From an uncultured Candidatus Sumerlaeota bacterium (GTDB lineage: Bacteria; CAYMEV01), in assembly GCA_964389675.1 (NCBI GenBank), contig CAYMEV010000008.1:43084-107083 (forward strand): DNA of 64,000 bases, written 5' to 3'. Made by a program: the position numbers and the translations under genes. This document shows positions 19,556-28,760 of the stretch, piece after piece. The notes beneath the pieces were generated by a model. The model was not told the DNA's origin. It saw only the letters and a program-made list of their open reading frames with translations, and searched no databases. Each line of letters begins with the position of its first letter. The stretch's first letter is position 1.

Positions 19556-19583
19556 TTGAAAGAGCCTGAAAGGCTGGTATAGT
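19556..19583 (+). promoter_or_regulatory. Putative sigma70-type promoter for trkAH
   Basis: TTGAAA (19556-19561), 16 nt spacer, TATAGT (19578-19583) preceded by TG (extended -10), about 40 nt upstream of the trkA ATG. Confidence 0.45.
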
Positions 19584-19623
19584 CCAGTTAATAATTATTT
19601 TTAAGTAAAGCGGGTGCAGGGCT

Positions 19624-21024
19624 ATGAAGGTCGTTATTGCCGGAGCAGGGACTGCCGGGTATCAGATAGCAAAAGAGCTGATCTCAGAAGGCAAAGACGT
19701 CGTTGTCATTGAAAAGGACGAGGAAATTGCAAAATATGTATCAGATAATCTCGACTGCATGGTGATAACAGGCAAGGTTAATGATATTGACATTCTTGAG
19801 CAGGCAGGCCTGGACAATGCTGACTTTTTTGTGTGCCTGACTGATTCTGATGAGCTTAATATCATCTCCTGCAGCATGGCCCATCATGAATACAGAAAAA
19901 CATACAATATTGCAAGGGTCAGGGATAAAAGGTATTATGATACCAAACTGATAAAAAACCCCGATCTTGGAATTGACTATGTCGTAAACCCCGAGATTGA
20001 ATCGGCAAATACCATAGCAAAGCTTGTACATCATGGAGTCACAAGTGATATGGTATTTTTCGAGCACAGCAATCTTCAGATGAGAAAGGTACTTGTATCT
20101 TCAAATTCAGTACTGGCCGGAAGAGCCATTTCAGAGCTCAGGAAAATAATTCCGGTGGATTTCCTCATAGCCGGCACGATAAGGGATGATGAGTTCATAA
20201 TAGCATCAGGAGATACAGTAATAAGGGAAAATGACCAGCTGTACATTCTCTCAAGCACCGAAAAACTGGATAAGATATTCGGAATTATCGGGAAGGAAAA
20301 AAAGAGGATAAACAATATTGTAATAGCAGGAGGAGGCACTATCGGGGATTATATACTTGAGATGCTCCTTGGCAAAAGTACAATAAAAACCAGGTTCTCC
20401 CATTTCTTCGAAAATCCCTTCTATCACAGGCAGAAAAAATATATAAGGCTTATAGAAAAGGATGCAGAGCGCGCCAAGATGCTTGCATCAAAATACCATG
20501 AAATTCTTGTGATCAATGAGGATATAACCGATGAGGATATTTTTGAAGAAGAACAGCTGTTAAACTGCGATCTGATAATAACGACAACAAATAATTCCGA
20601 GCTTAATGTATTGATGGCGATCTACAGCAAGTTATACGGCATAAAGAAAGCAATAGCACTGGTAAAGCAGAAAAATTACCTGAATATTGCAAGCAGGCTT
20701 GGCATCGATGCATTGATAAGCCCGAATGATTCCATTGTAAATTCAATATTAAAGCTTATAAGAAGGGGCAAGGTAAAGAGCCTTCATACGCTTGCCAGCA
20801 CGGACGCAGAAGTGATTGAGATGACCATTGAAAAAAACAGCCCTGTAATAGGCAAGACAATAAAAGACATCCAGCTTCCCGGAAACTGCCTTATCCTGGT
20901 GGTAAACAGGGTCAGCAAAAGCTATATACCGGACGGTGAATTCATAATAGAGGAAAAAGACGATATCATAGTCGTTACGAAAAAGTCAAATCTCGAAGAG
21001 ATAGAAAGGGTGTTCATAGCTTGA
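19624..21024 (+). CDS. trkA: Trk system potassium uptake NAD-binding subunit
   Basis: Two RCK-N/RCK-C pairs: 'MKVVIAGAGTAG', 'IVIAGGGTIG', 'AEVIEMTI'. Confidence 0.95.
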   Translation: MKVVIAGAGTAGYQIAKELISEGKDVVVIEKDEEIAKYVSDNLDCMVITGKVNDIDILEQAGLDNADFFVCLTDSDELNIISCSMAHHEYRKTYNIARVRDKRYYDTKLIKNPDLGIDYVVNPEIESANTIAKLVHHGVTSDMVFFEHSNLQMRKVLVSSNSVLAGRAISELRKIIPVDFLIAGTIRDDEFIIASGDTVIRENDQLYILSSTEKLDKIFGIIGKEKKRINNIVIAGGGTIGDYILEMLLGKSTIKTRFSHFFENPFYHRQKKYIRLIEKDAERAKMLASKYHEILVINEDITDEDIFEEEQLLNCDLIITTTNNSELNVLMAIYSKLYGIKKAIALVKQKNYLNIASRLGIDALISPNDSIVNSILKLIRRGKVKSLHTLASTDAEVIEMTIEKNSPVIGKTIKDIQLPGNCLILVVNRVSKSYIPDGEFIIEEKDDIIVVTKKSNLEEIERVFIA

Positions 21025-22472
21025 ACATTAGATCTGTAACAAGAATGCTTTCGATCATACTTGCCATCATTGCCCTTTTTATGCTTCTGCCTGTGGCAGT
21101 ATCCGTCTATTATCATGAATACGGGATCATAAGGTCATTCATTATCCCGATCATCATGATTGTAGTCCTGACCATGGCTGTACTACATCTGACAAGGCAT
21201 AATAAAAGGGATTTTCTCTCAATAAGGGATGGTTTTTTGCTTGTATCCTCAAGCTGGATCTCAGCATCCTTTTTCGGTGCGATCCCCTTCTATATTTCAG
21301 GGCATATCCCCTCTTTCATTGATGCATACTTTGAGACAATGTCCGGTTTTACAACAACCGGGGCAACAATACTTACCGACATCGAAGCGCTCCCGATGGG
21401 CCTCCTGTTCTGGAGAAGCCTGACACACTGGCTCGGGGGCATGGGGATAGTAGTCCTGACAGTGGCCGTATTCCCCCTCATAGGCATCGGAGGGCTCAAG
21501 CTTATAAAAGCAGAAGCACCTGGACCGTCTCTTGATAAGATCAGTCCGAGGATCACGCAGACTGCAAAATTTCTGTGGATAATATACCTGGGGCTGACTG
21601 CTGCGGAAATAATCCTGCTCATGCTCGCAGGGATGAACCTTTTTGATGCTGTCACCCATACATTCGGCACACTTGCGACAGGAGGGTTCTCCCCGAAGAA
21701 CCAGAGCATCGGGTTTTATGCATCTCCTTACATCCACTGGATAATAACCATCTTCATGCTTGCGGCTGGTGTTAATTTCTCACTCTATTTCAGGGTCTTT
21801 TCCGGAAATATCAGGGCATTCTTCAAGAATATAGAATTCAGGATTTATATATCCATTTTTATTGCTGCCGCCGTGCTCATAAGCCTTAACCTCTTTTATG
21901 TATCTGAGAACGGCCTTTCTGACTCCATACGGCATGCCAGCTTCCAGTCGGCAAGCATACTGACAACGACAGGCTATTCGACCCAGGATTTTGAGGCCTG
22001 GCCGTTTTTCTCAAAGATCATACTGTTTACCCTTATGTGGGTGGGAGGATGCTCAGGAAGCACAGGGGGAGGCATTAAGGTAATAAGGATAATAGTGATG
22101 TTCAAGAACAGCATAAAGGAGATGAAATACCTCCTGCACCCGAGAAGCGTATCATGGGTCAGGATAGGTGACAATATTGTAAAAAAGGACATCTTATATT
22201 CAATATCCGCATTCATCTTTCTTTATGTCCTGCTGATAATTGCTGCAACTGCCGTTGTTGCAAGCGGAGGAAATGATATCACTACATCCATAAGCTCAGC
22301 CCTTGTTACGCTCGGCAATATAGGGCCAGGTTTCGGGAAGATCGGGGCTTCAATGAACTATGGCTTTCTTCAGGGTTATATAAAGATCTTCTTAAGCTTT
22401 ATAATGATGGCTGGAAGGCTTGAGCTGTTTACAGTACTTGTGATCTTCACACCGCAATTCTGGAAAATATAG
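21021..22472 (+). CDS. trkH: Trk system potassium uptake membrane subunit
   Basis: 'FETMSGFTTTGATIL', 'WLGGMGI', 'TLATGGFS', 'GGCSGSTGGGIK', 'LGNIGPG'. 4-nt overlap with trkA. Confidence 0.95.
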   Translation: MNIRSVTRMLSIILAIIALFMLLPVAVSVYYHEYGIIRSFIIPIIMIVVLTMAVLHLTRHNKRDFLSIRDGFLLVSSSWISASFFGAIPFYISGHIPSFIDAYFETMSGFTTTGATILTDIEALPMGLLFWRSLTHWLGGMGIVVLTVAVFPLIGIGGLKLIKAEAPGPSLDKISPRITQTAKFLWIIYLGLTAAEIILLMLAGMNLFDAVTHTFGTLATGGFSPKNQSIGFYASPYIHWIITIFMLAAGVNFSLYFRVFSGNIRAFFKNIEFRIYISIFIAAAVLISLNLFYVSENGLSDSIRHASFQSASILTTTGYSTQDFEAWPFFSKIILFTLMWVGGCSGSTGGGIKVIRIIVMFKNSIKEMKYLLHPRSVSWVRIGDNIVKKDILYSISAFIFLYVLLIIAATAVVASGGNDITTSISSALVTLGNIGPGFGKIGASMNYGFLQGYIKIFLSFIMMAGRLELFTVLVIFTPQFWKI

Positions 22473-22483
22473 GATCTCTCCTC

Positions 22484-22924
22484 TTATCCTTTATGATCTG
22501 CCCTGCTTGCACCGTAAGACAGCAGAATATCATAGAACTGAGGGGCTTTGTCTGTTTTGAAATCATATTGAAGACTGCCCTTCCATCCGGTACGAAAGGC
22601 CGAAGCCTCAAATGATATTGACAGGGTTTCGGGCTTTGGCATGCCTATATAAAGCTCTTTGATACCGGGATCGGATAACAGGATATTTATCTGGCGTTTG
22701 CCGAATGAATAAAAGATGATCCTTGAGGCAGTAACAGCAAGAAAGCCTAAAAACCAGCTTCTACGGCAGATATAGCGCTTGTGCGGGCCCTTTACATTTC
22801 CTGCCCTGAACCATCCGCTGATGCCCTCTTCCAGGATCCTGATATTCTCTGATTCGATAACCTGCCTGATCTTCCCGGGAACGGACCCGATCCTGAAAAG
22901 CCTGTATAAAATAGATTTTTTCAT
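22484..22924 (-). CDS. Hypothetical protein
   Basis: 146-aa ORF starting 4 nt after the amidohydrolase stop; no recognised motif. Confidence 0.6.
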   Translation of the reverse strand: MKKSILYRLFRIGSVPGKIRQVIESENIRILEEGISGWFRAGNVKGPHKRYICRRSWFLGFLAVTASRIIFYSFGKRQINILLSDPGIKELYIGMPKPETLSISFEASAFRTGWKGSLQYDFKTDKAPQFYDILLSYGASRADHKG

Positions 22925-22928
22925 ATTA

Positions 22929-24122
22929 TCAGCCTCTTATATTCTTAATAATTTTCCCCTCTTTCATTATAAAAACTATACTTTCCTTTTTTGTCAGAAC
23001 TCCGGTATCCTCAAGCGGATTCCCCTCAAACGCCACAATATCTGCAAGCTTGCCGTCCTCGATAGAGCCTGTCCGGCTGTCGATGCCCAGTATCTGTGCT
23101 GCTGTCAGGGTAGCAGACTGGAACGCACGGTTCACAGGCATGCCGAATTCTATAAGGTTAGCTATCTCTGCAAGGTTCTGCCCATGATAATTAAACGGCG
23201 TTCCTGCATCTGTCCCTGCTCCTGTAATTACCCCGGAGCTAATTGTCTTACCTATGCTTCGGAAGATCTCGGGCTTCAATGTTTCCAGTTTCTTTATCAT
23301 AAAATCAGGGATCAGCCTTTTTGAAGCGCTGTCAAAAAGATCAAGGGCTGCCTTTATTGTAGGTATCACAGCCTTTCGGTCCTGTTTCATGAAATCAGCT
23401 ATCCGGTCATTCATGCCGTAACCGTGTTCAATGGTATCTATGCCTGCTTTCAGTGCATTCATTATTCCCTCTGCACTCTGCGCATGAGCAGCGGTCTTTC
23501 TTCCGGCTTTCCTGGCCTCTGCAACCCCTGCAGACATTTCCCCGACAGAAAGCTGTATTGCTCCTGCCTCTACACCGGGCGTGATCACTCCGCCGGTCGC
23601 CATAAGCTTTATTATGTCCGCCCCCTTCTTAACCTGCTCCCTGACAGCCCTTGCCATATCATCAGGGCCGTCTGCTTCCCTCCCCCCGATCTGCCAGCCA
23701 TGGCCCCCTGTCATGCATATCAGCCTCCCGCCTGCAAGTATCCTGGGGCCTTTCAGCGTTCCGTTGTTTATAGAATTCCTCAGGGAAATATCAATAAAAT
23801 CCATACCCCCCATATCCCGTACCGTGGTTACCCCAGCCATCAGGGTATCCTCTGCAAACCTGCATGCCCTGTAGGCAATATCATAATGATCATCTGATGA
23901 ATAGATCGAGCCTGAATCAGGCCTTCCATCAAGGCAGAGATGCACATGACAGTCAATAAACCCCGGAAAGATCGTACATCCGGAAAGGTCTACCCCTTCA
24001 CTGCCCTCCGGGGTATTTTTGCATATCCCTTCTATCCTGCCGTCCTCAACAAGGACTGAAGATCTTTCAATTATCTCCCCGTTCCCTACGAATATCCGTG
24101 CATTCTTCAGGACTGTTCTCAT
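22929..24122 (-). CDS. Metal-dependent amidohydrolase (prolidase/Xaa-Pro dipeptidase-like)
   Basis: 'PGFIDCHVH' (HxH), 'IKLMATGG', 'AAHA', 'TIEHG', 'GTDAG', 'GSIEDGKLADIV'. Confidence 0.9.
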   Translation of the reverse strand: MRTVLKNARIFVGNGEIIERSSVLVEDGRIEGICKNTPEGSEGVDLSGCTIFPGFIDCHVHLCLDGRPDSGSIYSSDDHYDIAYRACRFAEDTLMAGVTTVRDMGGMDFIDISLRNSINNGTLKGPRILAGGRLICMTGGHGWQIGGREADGPDDMARAVREQVKKGADIIKLMATGGVITPGVEAGAIQLSVGEMSAGVAEARKAGRKTAAHAQSAEGIMNALKAGIDTIEHGYGMNDRIADFMKQDRKAVIPTIKAALDLFDSASKRLIPDFMIKKLETLKPEIFRSIGKTISSGVITGAGTDAGTPFNYHGQNLAEIANLIEFGMPVNRAFQSATLTAAQILGIDSRTGSIEDGKLADIVAFEGNPLEDTGVLTKKESIVFIMKEGKIIKNIRG

Positions 24123-24334
24123 AACCGCACTCCAAAATATAAATTAGATCAGCTATAATGCAATATTATCTTCTTATATAGCAATAATGTCAAAAATTAT
24201 TAAAACAGCAATAAACTGAATTCAAAAATGAAATGCCTCTACAGGAAATCAAAAAAATATTAATTTTTATTTACAAAAATAATTTTTATATTATAATTAT
24301 AATTAATACAGGTCTATAATCGGGTCTGAAAACC

Positions 24335-27300
24335 ATGTTGAAGAATAACAGGGAAATATTCTCAAGCCTCGTTAATGTTGCTGAAAATCTCAGCAGGAAG
24401 GGTCTATATCATGATGCCATCAGGGAATATAAGAGCATTCTGGGGCTTTTCCCTCATGAAAAGAAGCTTTATAATACATTGGGCGACCTTTACCAGATGC
24501 TCAGGGACTGGGATAATGCATCCAGGTACTATGCATCCTATGCAAGGGCCCTTGAGAAGAACAATTACCCCCTGCAGGCAATAGCCGTCTACAGGAAGAT
24601 CATCCGTATTAACAGAAAAGACCCGGAGATATATTCAAGGCTGGCTGATCTTTATAACAGGCAGGGTTTTACGGCAGAATCCGTTTCATTATACCAGGAC
24701 CTGGCTGCATTTTATGAGAAGCATCAGCAGACAAGGAACTCAATTTCTGTATATGAAAAGATGAATGAAATTCAGCCTGACAACCTCGAGCTGCTTGAGA
24801 ATCTTGCCGACAGGTACATTGCGGAGGGAATGAACTATAAGGCAACAGAAAAGTACCTGAAATTTGCATATTCCATGACAGCCAGAAACAATCTGGACGA
24901 TGCACTGGAGATCTTTAATAAAATATTTGAAATAGACCCGCATAACATAAATGCAAAAAAAGGTATACTGGCCCTGTTCCTGCAGAAAGGCGATTATGAA
25001 AAAGCTGAAGCTGAAATAATAAAGGCAGTTGATTCAGATGAATGCGAATATATCCTGGAAGGCATCGACTTTCAGGATGCAGAAAAGGCTGACAGGATGT
25101 TCAACCGCCTTGTCCAGTACAGCCCGGATAATACTGTCCTGCTGGAAAAATATGCATTTATCCTGTTAAAGATGACTAATTCCTCAAAATCAGAAGAATA
25201 TTTTAAATGGATAGGTGAATACTACAAATCAAAGGGCAATCTTGCCATGATAATTGAGATATTCAGCAGGGCTAAAGGCCTAAAAAAGGAATTCCTGTAT
25301 CCCTACAGAATGCTGATTGATGCATACAGCATGCTGAAACAGGAAGAAAGAAAGTACAAAACCATGAAGGAGCTTGCTTTCAGATTATGCGAATCCGGTG
25401 AATATTCAGAAGCCATAGCTGTCTTTAATGAAATAAGGCCGGGGTATTTGAATGATGATGAATCGTTAAGCTATTTAAAAACCATACCCGGCAAGCTGAA
25501 AAATACGTGCCTGATCCTGAATAACAGGAAAGGACACCCCAGGGATGACAGGACAGCTGTTAATTATTCTACGCTGAAAGATTTAAATAAACAGCAGCAT
25601 GCTGACATGACGCAAATGGATATAATGGATGCTGAATTACCTGTATATCATGACCCTGAAGCACTTGATAAAATGGCTGATGAGATCTACAGCTATTACA
25701 ATGATATAGTTAAAGAGTCTGAAAATGATGCTCTAATTTCTGATAAGCTCGCCATGCTTGAGGAAATGGAAACAGTGGATATTTTCAGCCAGCCGGGGAA
25801 ACATGCGGTTTATGACCCGAATACCCCTCTGCATCTTCTGATTAACATGAGCAATGATATAAAGAATTCCCTCAGCGGGATCATCGGCTTTCTTAACCTC
25901 CTGAAAGAGACCCCTCAGGACAATTCCCAGCTTCAGTATATAGAAAACGCCGCCATTTCAGCCAGGACCCTGCTGAATAATATGGAAAACATAGTTGATA
26001 TATGCATGCTGGAAACAGACAGGCTGACCCTGGAAACATCAAAGACTGACATGCCGGCGCTTTTAAGACAGGCGCTCGAGGCTATAAGGGCTCAGGCGTG
26101 GAATAAGAATATTGAAATTCTATATGATCAGGGCCCTGACATGCCCCGATTTGCAGATACTGATCCAGTTCAGCTGAAAAAGATACTTATAAGCTTCCTT
26201 ATAAACGCTGTAAAACATACTGAAAGCGGGGAAATTGAGCTGAAAATAAATTTTAGCCCGCATGATGAAAGGAAGGGTATCTTCAATTTTTCCATACGAG
26301 ATACAGGCCTTATAATCCGCCAGGAAAAAAAGAAGGAGATAATCAGTGTTCTTAATGAGAATGATGAGCTTAATAACAGCAGGTCGGATTATACGAAGCT
26401 TGGCCTGATACTGGCTAACCATATCCTTAGGAAGATGGGAAGCAGGATCAATTTCTCAAGCGAGCCGGACAGGGGGACAACCTATTTCTTCCAGTTAGAG
26501 ACAGAATATGATTACGGCAGGAGCCATAAAAAAAACAGGCTGAAAAACCTGAAAAAGATCCTTTTGATAGATGATAATGATGAAAGCATCAGAATCATCA
26601 AAGAGATGCTGGCAGGCTGGGAAATAGACTGCATAAGCTGTAATGGCGGATACCATGCCATAAAGCTGATTGAAGCATCAGAACCATTTGATGCAGTTCT
26701 GATCGACTATGATATGCCGGTCCTTAATGGAATAGAAACAGTAAAGGTAATAAGGAAGGACCTGAAAATACCTGCCGGCAAGCTTCCTGTCGTCCTGCTT
26801 CATAACCTGTGCGATACCGGCCCTATTGAGGCAGAATGCAAAAAGCTTGATATTTACCAGAATATTCAAAAGCCGGTTATGCCGGATGGCCTCTTTCATG
26901 CTCTAAAGAATATTATCAGCACTGAAACAGACAAAAAGGGCAATATGGATACAAAAGAAGGCCTTTTAAAGAAAACCAGGCAAGGCGGTCCTGTTATTCT
27001 AATCGCAGAGTATTTCAATATCAATATGCTTCTTCTGGTAGAATTGATCAGCAATATATATCCGGACGCTTGTATACTGAAAGCATCAAACGGGATAGAG
27101 GCAATAGAAATATTTGAAAGGGAAAGCCCTGACCTTATTCTAATGAATGTTCAGATGCCGGTCATGAGCGGAATAGAGGCCGCAAAAGCAATAAGGGAAA
27201 AGGAAAACCATTCAGATGATCATACCCCTATTATTGCACTTTCAACGGAAAAGAGGGAGAGTGAAAAAATCATATGTTCAAATGCAGGCATGGACTGGTT

Positions 27301-27364
27301 TTTATCAGTCCCTGTCAGTAATGGACAGCTGGAACAGATCCTCAAAAAGATCAAAATACTCTGA
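24335..27364 (+). CDS. TPR-domain hybrid sensor protein with degenerate HisKA/HATPase and two receiver domains
   Basis: N-terminal TPR helices; H-box-like 'NMSNDIKNSLSGIIG'; 'INAVKHT', 'IRDTG'; REC1 'LLIDD...LIDYDMP...QKP'; REC2 'LILMNVQMP'. Confidence 0.85.
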   Translation: MLKNNREIFSSLVNVAENLSRKGLYHDAIREYKSILGLFPHEKKLYNTLGDLYQMLRDWDNASRYYASYARALEKNNYPLQAIAVYRKIIRINRKDPEIYSRLADLYNRQGFTAESVSLYQDLAAFYEKHQQTRNSISVYEKMNEIQPDNLELLENLADRYIAEGMNYKATEKYLKFAYSMTARNNLDDALEIFNKIFEIDPHNINAKKGILALFLQKGDYEKAEAEIIKAVDSDECEYILEGIDFQDAEKADRMFNRLVQYSPDNTVLLEKYAFILLKMTNSSKSEEYFKWIGEYYKSKGNLAMIIEIFSRAKGLKKEFLYPYRMLIDAYSMLKQEERKYKTMKELAFRLCESGEYSEAIAVFNEIRPGYLNDDESLSYLKTIPGKLKNTCLILNNRKGHPRDDRTAVNYSTLKDLNKQQHADMTQMDIMDAELPVYHDPEALDKMADEIYSYYNDIVKESENDALISDKLAMLEEMETVDIFSQPGKHAVYDPNTPLHLLINMSNDIKNSLSGIIGFLNLLKETPQDNSQLQYIENAAISARTLLNNMENIVDICMLETDRLTLETSKTDMPALLRQALEAIRAQAWNKNIEILYDQGPDMPRFADTDPVQLKKILISFLINAVKHTESGEIELKINFSPHDERKGIFNFSIRDTGLIIRQEKKKEIISVLNENDELNNSRSDYTKLGLILANHILRKMGSRINFSSEPDRGTTYFFQLETEYDYGRSHKKNRLKNLKKILLIDDNDESIRIIKEMLAGWEIDCISCNGGYHAIKLIEASEPFDAVLIDYDMPVLNGIETVKVIRKDLKIPAGKLPVVLLHNLCDTGPIEAECKKLDIYQNIQKPVMPDGLFHALKNIISTETDKKGNMDTKEGLLKKTRQGGPVILIAEYFNINMLLLVELISNIYPDACILKASNGIEAIEIFERESPDLILMNVQMPVMSGIEAAKAIREKENHSDDHTPIIALSTEKRESEKIICSNAGMDWFLSVPVSNGQLEQILKKIKIL

Positions 27365-27468
27365 ATGTGCTTTATGCTATATTTCTGATAAAAAAACCCA
27401 TAAACAGATGATGTGAAGTATCCGAATAAGCCGATGCAGCATGATTATCCCAGGTAAGGCAAAGAGGC

Positions 27469-28512
27469 CTAATCAATCCCGCTATACTGATCAATGATGA
27501 CCTGGAGCATTTTTATATTCTCCCTGATACCGCCCGGGCCCCAAATATCTGAGACGATCTCAAATCTTTCAGCACCTGTCCTTAAAACAGCGCCAATATT
27601 CCCCTCATTTATGCCACCGCTTGCTATGCATGGGATACTGATGCCCTTAAGTGCAAATTCAAGGCACTGAAATCCCTCTTTTATGCATACAGCTTCTTTT
27701 ATGCCAGTCTCAAATAAAGGCCCTGCACTGATATAATCCGCTCCTTTTTTTTGAGCATCCCTTGCCTGTTTTTCAGAATGAACCGACACTCCGATGATCC
27801 TGCTGCCCAGAATAAGCCTTGCAGAATCAGCAGGAAGGCCGTCCTGTTCCAGATGCACGCCGTCAGCATCTGTAATTAGGCATATATCAGCATGATCCCT
27901 TATAATAAAGACTGCTCCTCTTTCTTTTGTAATTTCCCTTATTTTAGCACATTCAGAAAGCATTACCCCTCTGCTGATCTTATCTGCACTGTACTGAATG
28001 ATCCCAATGCCTGCATCAGCCATCTGTACAGCAGCCTCAATAGTGCCTGCTCCTGAAGAAGGCTTTGCTGAAATAATGCCATAGAGCCCCCTGGGGATAT
28101 TCTTCCTTATCAGGACAATATACTCCTTCTCAATCTGATAGGAATCGAACCTGATCTTCTCGAATTCCTTGCTTTCCTCATAGAGTTTCATAATTTTAAG
28201 TGTTTCCTCTATGGTCCTTACAGCTTCCTGTATCCTCTTGAAGTTCCCGACAGCCATCTGCATCCCGGATGATTTATTATCAATAGAAGAAAAATGGGAT
28301 GTAATAGTACCGCAGTCATTGACAGGATCCCTGTTCGCCAGCAAAGCGCTGTCCATGAAGGACAGCTTTTTACGCATTGAATGGCGGAATTGCCTGAGCC
28401 TTGCCTGGACAGGCCTGTCTTTTATGCAGAACCTTGCATAATCCTCAAGCAGCCTTGCAGCCTCTGATGCCCTGTTAATATTTGCATCCAGCAACCTGTA
28501 GTAATTACTCAT
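27469..28512 (-). CDS. thiE: Thiamine-phosphate synthase with N-terminal ThiD2-like extension
   Basis: N-terminal 'RLLDANINRASEAARLLED' extension; TMP-synthase motifs 'ADGVHLEQD', 'GVSVHS', 'GADYISAGPLFET', 'ASGGI'. Confidence 0.85.
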   Translation of the reverse strand: MSNYYRLLDANINRASEAARLLEDYARFCIKDRPVQARLRQFRHSMRKKLSFMDSALLANRDPVNDCGTITSHFSSIDNKSSGMQMAVGNFKRIQEAVRTIEETLKIMKLYEESKEFEKIRFDSYQIEKEYIVLIRKNIPRGLYGIISAKPSSGAGTIEAAVQMADAGIGIIQYSADKISRGVMLSECAKIREITKERGAVFIIRDHADICLITDADGVHLEQDGLPADSARLILGSRIIGVSVHSEKQARDAQKKGADYISAGPLFETGIKEAVCIKEGFQCLEFALKGISIPCIASGGINEGNIGAVLRTGAERFEIVSDIWGPGGIRENIKMLQVIIDQYSGID

Positions 28513-28760
28513 AACTAAAGCTCCTGTTAAAGATTATTAACCAATAATGCAAATATCACAATAATATTAATAATATTTTTTTAATTTTCAAAACTACCTA
28601 TAAATATATTATAATTATATCAAGTTTTTATCGGCATATTTGACATAATAAGCATGATTTATTAGGGTCTGTTATGAAAATTATTATTATTCCTGTTTTA
28701 TTCAGCACAGCTTCTCAGCCTGCATTATACGGCAGAGCCCTCACAGGGCTCTGCATATAT

